DNA from: a virus
Direction: 5' to 3' (one strand)
IMG/VR virus record: IMGVR_UViG_3300034418_011550
Location: 32,001-96,000 of that record
DNA: 64,000 nucleotides
Shown here: positions 50,217 through 59,585 of the stretch, piece by piece
How positions within the stretch are numbered: position 1 is the stretch's first letter
Layout: every line of letters starts with the position of its first letter
Notes under the pieces: generated by a model
What the model was told of the DNA's origin: nothing
Database searches by the model: none
Seen by the model: only the letters and a program-made list of their open reading frames with translations
Position numbers and translations under genes: made by a program

Positions 50217-50386
50217 TGAAACTAGGTGGTTTTGTTGAATTGTTAATTAAAATAATTACCTTTGGACAAGGCCATCGAATTGCTTTATTCATAGCTAAAA
50301 AAATGGGCTATGATGATTGTGGTTGTAAAGCAAGAAAAGACAAACTAGACTTGTTTTGGGATAAAGTTTTAAATAAATTAAAATAA
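50216..50386 (+). CDS. Small hypothetical protein with CGC motif (56 aa, not in track)
   Basis: MKLGGFVELLIKIITFGQG...DDCGCKARKDKL... Confidence 0.65.
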   Translation: MKLGGFVELLIKIITFGQGHRIALFIAKKMGYDDCGCKARKDKLDLFWDKVLNKLK

Positions 50387-50387
50387 T

Positions 50388-50885
50388 ATGTTATTAAATT
50401 CAAATCAAATTTCAAATTATATCATTGAGTCAGATTTTTCAAAACGAGCTCAAATTGGTATTGACTTATCAGCAGCAAAAATTGAACGTATTGATGTAGG
50501 TTCTTCTGTTTACACAGATAAAACTCATATTGATCCTACAGGTTATGTAGAAATGCCTACTTGGAGTATTGATGGTAAAGAATGTTGGCGCCTAGAAAAA
50601 GGTATTTACTCAGTTACTTTTAATGAAGGAATTAAAGTACCAGCTGATTGTGCTGCTAAAATTACTCACCGTTCTTCCTTATATCGTACAGGAACAATTA
50701 TTGAATCACCTTGGTGGGACCCAGGTTTTCATTGCGAACAAATGAATACAACAATGATAGTAAACAGCATTATTATCATTGAAAAAAATGCTCGAGTTGC
50801 TCAAATTGCTTTTTGGCGTGTTGAAGAAGTAGGTGAGCAGTATAATGGACAGTGGCAAGGTCTTAATACAGCTTATAAAAAATAA
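50388..50885 (+). CDS. Trimeric dUTPase / dCTP deaminase family protein
   Basis: GIDL, HRSSLYRTG, WDPGF and RVAQI motifs. Confidence 0.8.
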   Translation: MLLNSNQISNYIIESDFSKRAQIGIDLSAAKIERIDVGSSVYTDKTHIDPTGYVEMPTWSIDGKECWRLEKGIYSVTFNEGIKVPADCAAKITHRSSLYRTGTIIESPWWDPGFHCEQMNTTMIVNSIIIIEKNARVAQIAFWRVEEVGEQYNGQWQGLNTAYKK

Positions 50886-51061
50886 TGAAGTTTTGTATTA
50901 GTTGTAATACAGAAAAACCACTTCATGAATTTTATAGAAATGTTCTTAATAAAGATGGACGTACTGAAAAATGCAAATACTGTTTAGATGGTGAAGCTAT
51001 AGATAGGTATGTTTCTTTATTAGAAAAAGATCAAATTCGAAGAAAAAAAAGAAAAAAATAA
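50885..51061 (+). CDS. Small zinc-finger protein (58 aa, not in track)
   Basis: MKFCISCNTEKPLHEFYRN...DGRTEKCKYC with a basic tail; resembles the Zn ribbon of HNH/EndoVII proteins but has no nuclease domain. Confidence 0.7.
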   Translation: MKFCISCNTEKPLHEFYRNVLNKDGRTEKCKYCLDGEAIDRYVSLLEKDQIRRKKRKK

Positions 51062-51091
51062 GTCCCTATATTTTAGACTTAATCTATATAA

Positions 51092-51171
51092 GTTCCCCAT
51101 TTTGGGTACATAAATAATATTATGTTCCCCATTTTGGGGAATCTTTAAAAAATTGGTTCCCCAAAGTTTGG
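51092..51171. repeat. Three GTTCCCCA(TTTTGGG) repeats at exact 32-bp spacing
   Basis: Starts at 51092, 51124 and 51156; the middle copy is a TTCCCC-atttt-GGGGAA palindrome. Confidence 0.85.
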
Positions 51172-51232
51172 CCCTTGTATATATTTTTATTATATTTATT
51201 ACCATCAAATCAATCAATTAATTAAACAAAAG

Positions 51233-51697
51233 ATGAAAAAATTATTATTTAGCTTGTTAGCAATCGGAATGATTGGATCAAGTGTAGCTCAAATGGCAAT
51301 CCCAGGTGCAGTATTTGCAGACAATGCAGTACGTTTTAACGGACGTAAAGTAACTCTTAAAAACGTTCAAGTTGATATGACATCTCAAATGTCTGTAGCA
51401 ACAGGAGCAATAGCACCAGCTCCATTAAATGGTCCAGCAACAGCTTTAACTCCAGGAACAATTGGACCTGTAGGACCAGTAGCAGTTCAAGCACCTTGTC
51501 GTCCACCAAGAGGATTTTCTCAAGTGGATATCAAGTTCTTAGAGAAACCAGAATTTAAAGCTTGTTTCTTTATGGCTGATGTAATGTTAAATGTTTTAAA
51601 GCGTGATGCTGGTGGACAGAGTGTAGATGCTCAAATTACTTTTAGAGGTGATGCACGTACTGGATACAATGTATCTTTTTATAAATTAGGTAAGTAA
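51233..51697 (+). CDS. Secreted/periplasmic protein with Sec signal peptide
   Basis: MKKLLFSLLAIGMIGSSVA|Q; Pro/Gly-rich linker. Confidence 0.7.
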   Translation: MKKLLFSLLAIGMIGSSVAQMAIPGAVFADNAVRFNGRKVTLKNVQVDMTSQMSVATGAIAPAPLNGPATALTPGTIGPVGPVAVQAPCRPPRGFSQVDIKFLEKPEFKACFFMADVMLNVLKRDAGGQSVDAQITFRGDARTGYNVSFYKLGK

Positions 51698-51720
51698 TTA
51701 TTTTTAACTACAAATAAATT

Positions 51721-51745
51721 AGGCTTGGGCAACCAAGCCTTTTTT
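51721..51745 (+). terminator. Rho-independent terminator overlapping the polB promoter
   Basis: AGGCTTGG-gcaa-CCAAGCCT-TTTTT. Confidence 0.85.
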
Positions 51746-51760
51746 GTTATGTTAACGCTA

Positions 51761-54355
51761 ATGTATCAGGCTTTATACTACGATAAAGAAGAAAGACAAT
51801 ATTATCTGAGAGATGATAGAAGTAAAAACTTTAAAACACTTCAATATTGGCCTACTTTCTATCAACCGGACCCAGATGGTGAATATGAAACATTAGAAGG
51901 TACTAGAGTTTCACCTACTAGAAAGATGCATGATTGGAAAGATCCTAAATATTTTGAAAAGGATGTAGATAAAATCACTCGTTTTTTAGTAGACCATTAT
52001 TATGAATCAGATGAAACTCCTAAATATCATAACACAGTTTATTTAGATATTGAGTGTGAGGTAGCGGGAGCATTAACACCTGAAAATATCAGTGATCCAA
52101 AAGGTAAAATAACAGCTGTTGCTTTATATGATGCTAACTCTAAAAAGTACTATTGTTTACTTTTAGATGAAAGCCAAACACTTAAAAGCATAACTGAAAA
52201 AGATAAAGAAGTTATTCCATTTGGTAGTGAAAAAGAATTATTACATGGTTTTCTAGATAAATGGTATGAATTAGACCCAACTATTATTACAGGTTGGAAT
52301 AGTGGTTTCTTTGATATACCTTATCTTTATCATAGAATTTCTAAAGTACTAGGAGAATCAGTCGCCCAAACATTATCTCCTATTGGTAAAGTAAAAATTA
52401 CACCTCAATTTCCTGACCAACCTGTTAATTTAGGAGGTATTAATCACCTAGACTATATGCTTTTATTTAAAAAGTATATTATGAAACAGGAACCATCTTA
52501 TCGTTTAGGTGACATAGGTAAAAAATATGCTAAACTAGAAAAGATTGAGTATGAAGGTTCACTTGATAAATTATTTAAAGAAGACATTCAGAAGTTTATT
52601 GAATACAACTTACGAGATGTAGAGATTATTGTTGAACTAGAGAATAAACTTAAATTTATTGAGTTAACAGTCACCATTTGTCATTTATGTCATGTTGAAT
52701 ATGAAAACATTTATTTTTCAACTATGCTAAATGAAGGTGCTATTTTAACTTATTTGAAACGAAAAGGTATAGTTTCACCTAATAAACCTACTACTTATAA
52801 TCCTTTACTAAGAACAATAGAGGAAGAATATGCTGGTGGTTATTTAAAAGATCCTGTACCTGGTTTGTATGAATGGGTTATTGATTTGGACTTTACTTCA
52901 TTGTATCCCTCCATTATACGTTCTTTAAACATGGGTATTGAAACTTTGGTTGGACGTGTTGTTAATAGAGGAAAATTTGATAATCAATGGTCTTTGAGAG
53001 AACTCAAAGAAATGAATCAAGACCAAGTACTTAGAATTGAAAAAATTAAAAAAGACAGGTCAATATCCACCTCTGAAATTACTGTAGCTGATTTAATTTC
53101 TATTATTGAAGAAAATGATTTAATTATTTCAGCACCAGGAGTAATATTCAGAAAAGATAAATCAAGTGTTGTTTGTGAAATTTTAACTGACTGGTTTGCT
53201 AAAAGACAAGAGTATAAAAAACTCATGAAAAAAGCATATAAGGAAGATAATGACCCTGTTATGGGAGAATTTTATAATAAACGACAACATGCTTATAAAA
53301 TTAAGCTGAATGATGTTTATGGTGTATTTGCTATTAATGGTTGGAGATACACTGATGGTAATAAATTTATTAGTAAAGCAATTACTTTAACAGGTCAGCG
53401 TTTGACTCAAGAAAGTATTAAGTTTGTTAATAAATGGATGAATGAACAACTAGGTACAGAAGATAAAGACTATATTGTTACTTCAGATACTGACTCACTT
53501 TTTATTCAAGTAAAAGATCTAATTCTACAACGTAAACCAGAGTTAGAAGGTGCTGATAGAGAAACAATTGTAAAAGAAGTACTACAAGTAGCTACTGAGG
53601 TTCAAAGAGTAGCAAATGAAAACCTACATGTTCTAGTTCAAGAATTGTTTAATGTTAAATATCCTGACGAACCTCATTATTTTGAGTTGAAACAAGAAGT
53701 TGTACTTGATAGAGGTTATTTTGCAGGTAAGAGGAGATACGCCCAACATATTGTTAATAAAGAAGGTGTACCAACAGATGAGCTAGATGTTAAAGGATTA
53801 GATTTGATGAAATCAAACTTTCCACCTTTGTTTAGGAAGTTTGGAGAACATCTTATTAATGAAATTATGTTTGGTAAACCTAAAGTTGATATTGATAAAC
53901 AAATATTAGACTTTAGAACTGAATTAAGAACTATTGATTGGAGGAAAATTCTTAAACCTACTGGTTTAAAGAAAATGAGTGAATATTTAGCTGCTCCTCC
54001 TCGTTCTGGGGAAATATTTTCTAAGTTAGGTTTAAAATGTCCTATCAATACTAAAGCAGCTATTATATATAATGACATTTTAAGATTTAAAAAATTAGAT
54101 AAAAAATACCCAACGTTTCAAATTGGTGATAAAATGTATATTGCTTATTTGAAAGCTAACCCTTACCGAGTTGATGTTATCGGATTTAATGGTTTTAATG
54201 ATCCTCCTGAAATTATGGAATTAATTGAAAAATATATAGACAGAGATGGGTTATTTGATTCTGTATTAAAAAATAAACTAGAATCCTTATATTCAGATTT
54301 AGGATGGGGTGCAGTAGTACTTAATCAAAATATCAATAAATTCTTTAGTTTCTAG
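51761..54355 (+). CDS. Family B DNA polymerase (gp43-like replicase)
   Basis: Exonuclease motifs YLDIECE, GWNSGFFDIPY and YNLRDV; polymerase motifs DLDFTSLYPS, KIKLNDVYG, SDTDS and KRRYA. True start ATG 51761. Confidence 0.95.
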   Translation: MYQALYYDKEERQYYLRDDRSKNFKTLQYWPTFYQPDPDGEYETLEGTRVSPTRKMHDWKDPKYFEKDVDKITRFLVDHYYESDETPKYHNTVYLDIECEVAGALTPENISDPKGKITAVALYDANSKKYYCLLLDESQTLKSITEKDKEVIPFGSEKELLHGFLDKWYELDPTIITGWNSGFFDIPYLYHRISKVLGESVAQTLSPIGKVKITPQFPDQPVNLGGINHLDYMLLFKKYIMKQEPSYRLGDIGKKYAKLEKIEYEGSLDKLFKEDIQKFIEYNLRDVEIIVELENKLKFIELTVTICHLCHVEYENIYFSTMLNEGAILTYLKRKGIVSPNKPTTYNPLLRTIEEEYAGGYLKDPVPGLYEWVIDLDFTSLYPSIIRSLNMGIETLVGRVVNRGKFDNQWSLRELKEMNQDQVLRIEKIKKDRSISTSEITVADLISIIEENDLIISAPGVIFRKDKSSVVCEILTDWFAKRQEYKKLMKKAYKEDNDPVMGEFYNKRQHAYKIKLNDVYGVFAINGWRYTDGNKFISKAITLTGQRLTQESIKFVNKWMNEQLGTEDKDYIVTSDTDSLFIQVKDLILQRKPELEGADRETIVKEVLQVATEVQRVANENLHVLVQELFNVKYPDEPHYFELKQEVVLDRGYFAGKRRYAQHIVNKEGVPTDELDVKGLDLMKSNFPPLFRKFGEHLINEIMFGKPKVDIDKQILDFRTELRTIDWRKILKPTGLKKMSEYLAAPPRSGEIFSKLGLKCPINTKAAIIYNDILRFKKLDKKYPTFQIGDKMYIAYLKANPYRVDVIGFNGFNDPPEIMELIEKYIDRDGLFDSVLKNKLESLYSDLGWGAVVLNQNINKFFSF

Positions 54356-54380
54356 TTTTTTAACCATATTTATTCATGAT

Positions 54381-55364
54381 ATGGCCCTCGTAGATCAAGA
54401 AAGTTTATTTACACCTTTCAAACCTAAAAAATACCAATCTGGAGATCCTTCAAAAGGATTAATCCAGGGTTATCAATCAAGTACATTAACTGCTCCTCGT
54501 ACTCCAAGTTCCTATGCTAACCCAGAAGCTAGAGGTGTAAATGAAGCAGCAGATGGAGGACTCCCAGCACCTGCTACTCCTTCATACTCTCCACCTTCAA
54601 ATTTTGATCCAGATTATCAAGCTTTATTAAATTACGCTAACACTCAAGGTTATACACTCCCTACAGATGCTCAACAATTTGACCAAAATTATATGGTTCA
54701 GCAGTTAAAACAATTTGGTATCTGGAATAAATTAGATTTATTTTATGTATTTGCTACTGATGGAGATGAGGATTTTGCTACATTAAACTGGAAAGCTCCA
54801 TCAACCTTTAAATTAATTCCTACTAATAGCCCAACATTTACTTCCAATATTGGATTTACAGGCAATGGAACAGACCAATATCTAGATTCAGAATGGGCAG
54901 CAACTTCAGGATCAAATTTCACAGCTAATAATGCTTCCCATGGTGTTTTCACAAATTCTCATCGAGGTGGAAATGCTACAGGTAATATAGGATATCATGG
55001 GCAAGGAGGAAGTGGTACTTATAATTTTATATCATATCAATTAAGTAATTTTACAAATTATAGCCAACTAAACGGATTATCAGATTCAACTCAACAAAAT
55101 AATTTTACCTCTTTTAGAGCTGTAACCTTTAACTCATCATTATTCAAAGTATGGCAAGGTTTTAAAGCATTTGTAACCTCCAAATCAGGTGGAAATATAA
55201 GTGATGATCCTATGAGAATTATGCAACGATCAGTTTCTGGTACTGAATATTATGCTCCTAGTAGTGTAGAATTTAAAGCAGATTTTTGGGGTAGTTCTTT
55301 AAGTGACTATGAAATAACGAATATTATAACAACTGTAACTGGTTATATTGGTAAATTGTCTTAA
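54381..55364 (+). CDS. Probable virion/adsorption-associated protein inserted in the replication module
   Basis: P/S-rich N-terminus; GIWNKLDLFYVFA...NSPTF...GFTGNG; own ATATTTAT motif and terminator. Confidence 0.5.
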   Translation: MALVDQESLFTPFKPKKYQSGDPSKGLIQGYQSSTLTAPRTPSSYANPEARGVNEAADGGLPAPATPSYSPPSNFDPDYQALLNYANTQGYTLPTDAQQFDQNYMVQQLKQFGIWNKLDLFYVFATDGDEDFATLNWKAPSTFKLIPTNSPTFTSNIGFTGNGTDQYLDSEWAATSGSNFTANNASHGVFTNSHRGGNATGNIGYHGQGGSGTYNFISYQLSNFTNYSQLNGLSDSTQQNNFTSFRAVTFNSSLFKVWQGFKAFVTSKSGGNISDDPMRIMQRSVSGTEYYAPSSVEFKADFWGSSLSDYEITNIITTVTGYIGKLS

Positions 55365-55389
55365 AAATTAATTTTTATATTTTTAAATT

Positions 55390-55414
55390 AAGCTTGGGAA
55401 ACCAAGCTTTTTTT
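55390..55414 (+). terminator. Rho-independent terminator overlapping the clamp promoter
   Basis: AAGCTTGG-gaaa-CCAAGCTT-TTTTT. Confidence 0.85.
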
Positions 55415-55428
55415 ATTATGTTAATAAT

Positions 55429-56169
55429 GTGATAGAAAAATTAGACTTAGTATCAATCATCTCAAAATACTACCTAAATGGTATGATTGAAGCCGTTAAA
55501 TGGGAAATTAAAAATAACAAATTAACTATTAAGTTTACTGCTCCTGATAAAACAATGATTGGAGTTGTAACTTGTGATGATTTTAATTTAGAAGATTCAG
55601 ACATTGGTATTAGTAATACTACTCAATTAAATAAGTTACTTGCTATTACAAATGGTTATTTAACTTTAGAGTATCAAAAACAACATAAACTAATTACTAA
55701 ACTTATTATAGCAGACAATCAATTTACTCTAAATTATGCTTTAGCTGATACTATGATTATTCCTAAAGCAGGAGAATATGTTGGTGATGGTAAATACAAT
55801 ATTGAAGCTTTGTTAGATAACGAAAGTATAAGCGCTATAGTACGAGCAAAATCAGCACTCGCAGATACTGATACAGTTGTATTTAAGCCGTTTACTAACG
55901 ATGATGGTGATTTACAGTTAGAAATGGAATTTGGAGGTAATATTGAATACTCAAATAAAGTATCATTTTACATACCAGACATTACAACTAATAATTTACC
56001 TGTTGATTTTAAAGTCAATTATAATTCTAATTTAATTAAAGAAATTATGTATTGTAATAAAGATGTTCCAACAGGAACTATGGAAATCAATTTAGATGGA
56101 ATTATGAAACTTTCATTTGATAATGATAAAGTTAAAAGTGAGTATTATATTGTTGCAAAGGAAATCTAA
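55429..56169 (+). CDS. Sliding clamp (gp45/PCNA-like)
   Basis: About 246 aa, two-domain beta/alpha pattern; near polB and the clamp loader. Confidence 0.7.
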   Translation: MIEKLDLVSIISKYYLNGMIEAVKWEIKNNKLTIKFTAPDKTMIGVVTCDDFNLEDSDIGISNTTQLNKLLAITNGYLTLEYQKQHKLITKLIIADNQFTLNYALADTMIIPKAGEYVGDGKYNIEALLDNESISAIVRAKSALADTDTVVFKPFTNDDGDLQLEMEFGGNIEYSNKVSFYIPDITTNNLPVDFKVNYNSNLIKEIMYCNKDVPTGTMEINLDGIMKLSFDNDKVKSEYYIVAKEI

Positions 56170-56188
56170 TTATGTATATTTATAACAA

Positions 56189-56692
56189 AGTGAAACCTTA
56201 GGGAACACTAAAATCATCTTAGGAGATTAAAATTATGACACATTTAAAAATTTTTGAAAATTCAATTACACCGTTTGACATCCTATTTAAGGATTTCTTC
56301 AAATCAGAATTAAACTTCCAACCAGCCATTGAGGCTAAATTTCCCCATCCGGTAGACATTTATGAAAACAAGAATGGACTTCATTTTGAAGTTGCTTGTA
56401 CTGGTCTAACTAAAGAAGATATTGACCTAAGTTTAGAAGGTGATGTCTTAAAAATTGCTTACGACAAAAAAGAAGAAGATAAATGTTGTGATGTTAATGA
56501 TTGCAACTATATCAAAAAAGGTATTGCTCGTAGGTCCTTTAATTTAGGTTATAAAATCGTAAACAAGTTTGATTTGTCAAAAGCTGAGGCTGAGATGAAT
56601 AATGGCTTATTAAAAATTTCTATTCCATTTGCTGAAGAAGCAAAACCAAAAACATTAAAAATTAAGTAAAACCGTTCTCCTAAGGTTTCACT
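56189..56692. repeat. Long-range inverted repeat flanking hsp20
   Basis: AGTGAAACCTTAGGGAAC (56189-56206) pairs with GTTCTCCTAAGGTTTCACT (56674-56692): 14 bp perfect, a 1-nt bulge, then 4 bp. Confidence 0.9.
56235..56669 (+). CDS. Small heat-shock protein (Hsp20/IbpA family)
   Basis: PVDIYE, EVACTGLTKEDI, GIARRSF and MNNGLLKISIP motifs. Confidence 0.92.
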   Translation: MTHLKIFENSITPFDILFKDFFKSELNFQPAIEAKFPHPVDIYENKNGLHFEVACTGLTKEDIDLSLEGDVLKIAYDKKEEDKCCDVNDCNYIKKGIARRSFNLGYKIVNKFDLSKAEAEMNNGLLKISIPFAEEAKPKTLKIK

Positions 56693-56697
56693 AAGTT

Positions 56698-56895
56698 ATG
56701 AAAATGCATTTAATCAAAACTAATAATGATATTCTTTATCAGGTAATTCATCAAGAACCTGAAACAAAACAAATTGACACTGAAAAGATGAGAATTAAAC
56801 ATCATTGTACAGATGTATTTAGAAAAGATGGAATGTATTGGTTTGTTAGATTAATAGAAGAAGCTCAAATAATTGAGGAAAGTTTGGACAATTAA
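56698..56895 (+). CDS. Hypothetical protein
   Basis: ATG ORF in the operon. Confidence 0.6.
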   Translation: MKMHLIKTNNDILYQVIHQEPETKQIDTEKMRIKHHCTDVFRKDGMYWFVRLIEEAQIIEESLDN

Positions 56896-56918
56896 AAAAA
56901 TTATGTTAAATTATAGTT

Positions 56919-57212
56919 ATGGCTAAAGAAAAAGAATACACACGTACTATCACTGACCCTGAAATGGAACCTTATTTCCTTTCAGTTGATGACAACAATG
57001 TTACTGTTAATGTTAAAGTTACGCCTGATGCTCGTTACACTGACTCTACTACAGAGTATGTAAAAACTATAGGTCATTATAGTAGAGTAAGTACAGCTTT
57101 AAAAACAGTTATTAATGAAAAAGTAAATAGTCAATCATATGAGTCTTTAAGAGACTATATGGATGAGTATAATACTGTTACTGAAAAACTAAATAAAATA
57201 TTAAATTTTTAA
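56919..57212 (+). CDS. Hypothetical protein
   Basis: Follows a TTGG-N19-TA promoter. Confidence 0.7.
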   Translation: MAKEKEYTRTITDPEMEPYFLSVDDNNVTVNVKVTPDARYTDSTTEYVKTIGHYSRVSTALKTVINEKVNSQSYESLRDYMDEYNTVTEKLNKILNF

Positions 57213-57215
57213 AAT

Positions 57216-57503
57216 ATGTTAGAAGCAATTTATAATGCAGTTATTGTAAAACCTGTTGAGGAAGAAGAAACCTCATATGGTGGAATTATTGTCCCTGACC
57301 TAGGGAATGAAAAAAATAAATTAGCAGAAGTAGTAGCAGTTGGACCTGGTTACTATTCAGCTAATGGTACTTTAGTTGAAACTGTACTTAAAGTAGGAGA
57401 TACAGTAGTATTACCTACTATGGGTTTTAGTAAAATGGAGTATGAAGGTGAAGAGTATTGGTTGGGTCCTGAAAATCAAGTTTTAGCAAAAATAAATAAG
57501 TAA
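57216..57503 (+). CDS. groES: Co-chaperonin GroES
   Basis: GGIIVPD, EVVAVGPG and LKVGDTV motifs. Confidence 0.93.
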   Translation: MLEAIYNAVIVKPVEEEETSYGGIIVPDLGNEKNKLAEVVAVGPGYYSANGTLVETVLKVGDTVVLPTMGFSKMEYEGEEYWLGPENQVLAKINK

Positions 57504-57504
57504 T

Positions 57505-59118
57505 ATGAGTAAAATTATAGAATTTGGTCCCGATGCAAGGGAAAAAATGATTAATGGTATTGATAAACTAGCTAATGCTGTAACATCAACACTTGGTCCT
57601 AATGGACGAAATGTAGTTATTGCAAACGGAGGTATTCCACAATCAACTAAAGATGGTGTAACAGTAGCTAAATCAATTACCTTAGAAGATCCAATTGAAG
57701 AATTGGGTGTACAATTAGTTAAACAAGCAGCTATTAAGACTGCTGATAATGCTGGTGATGGTACTACAACTTCAACTTTGTTGGCTCGTGAAATGGCTAA
57801 ACAAGGTCTTAAGTATCTTAACCATGGAGAAAATGCTGTTGAAATTAAACGTAGTATTGATAAAGCAGTAAAAGAAGTAGTTGAACATCTACGTCATGAA
57901 ATTAAAGAAGATATTTCAGATGAGGAACAACTTAAACAAATTGCAACAATTTCAGCTAATAATGATTCTGAAGTAGGAGAATTAATTGCTACAGCAATGC
58001 AAAAAGTAGGTCGTGAGGGAGTTGTATTCATTGAAGAGTCTAAAAATGGTGAAACATATCTTGAAACAGTAGAAGGTATGCAGTTTGACAGAGGTTATAA
58101 ATCACCTTATTTTGTGACTGATAATAACTCAATGAGTACTACTTTAAATGATGCTTTGATTTTGATTGCCGATAAGCGTTTTACTCAAGTAAAAGAGTTG
58201 TTGCCTATTTTAGAAGCTGTATCTAACCAAAATAAACCTTTAGTATTGATTGCTGAAGATATTGATGGTGAAGCATTAGCTACTTTAATTGTAAACAAAG
58301 CAAGAGGTATTTTAAAAGTTGTAGCAGTTAAAGCCCCTGACTTTGGTGACCGTCGTAAATTGATTCTTGAAGACATTGCTACCATGACAGGTGGCCAAGT
58401 ATTCAGTACTGAAAAAGGTATGAAATTAGATAAATTTAGTTGGGATTGGTTTGGTCAAGCTCGAGTAGTTACTGTAGGTAAAGATGAAACTACTATTGTA
58501 GATGGTAAAGGTGATGCTGATAAAATTGCTGAACGTATTGAAGAACTTCAAACACAAATTGATAAATCTGTTTCTCCATATGAAAAAGAAAAATTACAAG
58601 AACGTTTAGCTAAGTTTATTGGTGGTGTTGCTGTTGTTCATGTAGGTGGATTTACAGAAGCTGAAATGAAAGAAAAGAAAGACCGAGTAGATGATGCTTT
58701 ACAAGCTACTAAAGCCGCTCTTGAAGAAGGTATTGTACCTGGTGGTGGAATGGCTTTGCTACACTCTCGAAATGGTATTAGTGATTTTAATACTATTGGT
58801 GGTCGAATTGTTTATAATGCCTGTGCTGAACCATTTAAGAAAATTTTAGCCAATGCTGGTTATGAACAAGAAGATATATATAATGCCTTATCAGGAGCAA
58901 CAGGAGGTGATTATTGGTATGGATTTAATTTGAATGATGAAGATTTCTGTGATATGAGAGAAATTGGAGTAATTGATCCAGCTAAAGTAACTCGTACAGC
59001 TCTTGAGAACGCAGCTTCAGTAGCTGGTACTATCTTATTGACAGAAGCAGTTGTTGTTGACAAACCTGAGGATAAAAAAGATGATGCTGGGTTTGGAGAC
59101 ATGATGGGAATGATGTAA
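57505..59118 (+). CDS. groEL: Chaperonin GroEL
   Basis: [44 protein letters not shown] and GIVPGGG motifs. Confidence 0.97.
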   Translation: MSKIIEFGPDAREKMINGIDKLANAVTSTLGPNGRNVVIANGGIPQSTKDGVTVAKSITLEDPIEELGVQLVKQAAIKTADNAGDGTTTSTLLAREMAKQGLKYLNHGENAVEIKRSIDKAVKEVVEHLRHEIKEDISDEEQLKQIATISANNDSEVGELIATAMQKVGREGVVFIEESKNGETYLETVEGMQFDRGYKSPYFVTDNNSMSTTLNDALILIADKRFTQVKELLPILEAVSNQNKPLVLIAEDIDGEALATLIVNKARGILKVVAVKAPDFGDRRKLILEDIATMTGGQVFSTEKGMKLDKFSWDWFGQARVVTVGKDETTIVDGKGDADKIAERIEELQTQIDKSVSPYEKEKLQERLAKFIGGVAVVHVGGFTEAEMKEKKDRVDDALQATKAALEEGIVPGGGMALLHSRNGISDFNTIGGRIVYNACAEPFKKILANAGYEQEDIYNALSGATGGDYWYGFNLNDEDFCDMREIGVIDPAKVTRTALENAASVAGTILLTEAVVVDKPEDKKDDAGFGDMMGMM

Positions 59119-59124
59119 TAAAGT

Positions 59125-59325
59125 ATGCAAGACGCAGTATCACTCATAGGAAAAAAATTAACAATAGGAGAAGAACTTTTTGAAATAAAAGGAGTACATT
59201 TTGTACCACAAGCTACTCACCCTAAACATAATATCTACTTTAGTCTTAAAACAACAGATAAAGGTATTATAAATTATTCTTATGATGTGATACTGCCTTA
59301 CTTTAAAACACAAATTAAGTTATGA
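59125..59325 (+). CDS. Hypothetical protein
   Basis: ATG ORF in the operon. Confidence 0.6.
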   Translation: MQDAVSLIGKKLTIGEELFEIKGVHFVPQATHPKHNIYFSLKTTDKGIINYSYDVILPYFKTQIKL

Positions 59326-59585
59326 AAAAAGAAGTTATAGAAAACCTAATAGAGATTGCAGACCGAATGCCACCAGGTGATAGATGGAAAGTAAAGGGGG
59401 TTGAAGCAATTCAACCCACCTTAACTGACGCTTTAGAAGCGTTTTATCAAGTGGCGAATAATAAACCTATTGCTTTTCGTTTAGATTTGGCTCAAGGAAA
59501 ACTTTATGCTATCTTTACAGATGAAGTAGAAATTAAAGAACCTGAACCTAAAAAATATTCAATATATGGTGACTACCAGCTCTAA
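59322..59585 (+). CDS. Hypothetical protein
   Basis: ATGA overlap with the upstream ORF. Confidence 0.65.
   Translation: MKKEVIENLIEIADRMPPGDRWKVKGVEAIQPTLTDALEAFYQVANNKPIAFRLDLAQGKLYAIFTDEVEIKEPEPKKYSIYGDYQL

Noticed and set aside
51092-51171. CRISPR mini-array
   Set aside because: Repeats are only 8-15 bp with ~17-bp spacers. The only Cas-like gene is a Cas4-like nuclease, typical of phage recombination modules.
36927-51760. Extended N-termini in the track (36927, 43535, 51725)
   Set aside because: These TTG/GTG starts fall in promoter boxes or hairpins; downstream ATGs (36963, 43619, 51761) fit the promoters.
39385-54355. Inteins or introns in nrdJ or polB
   Set aside because: Both are continuous, of ordinary length, with no recognisable splicing or homing motifs.
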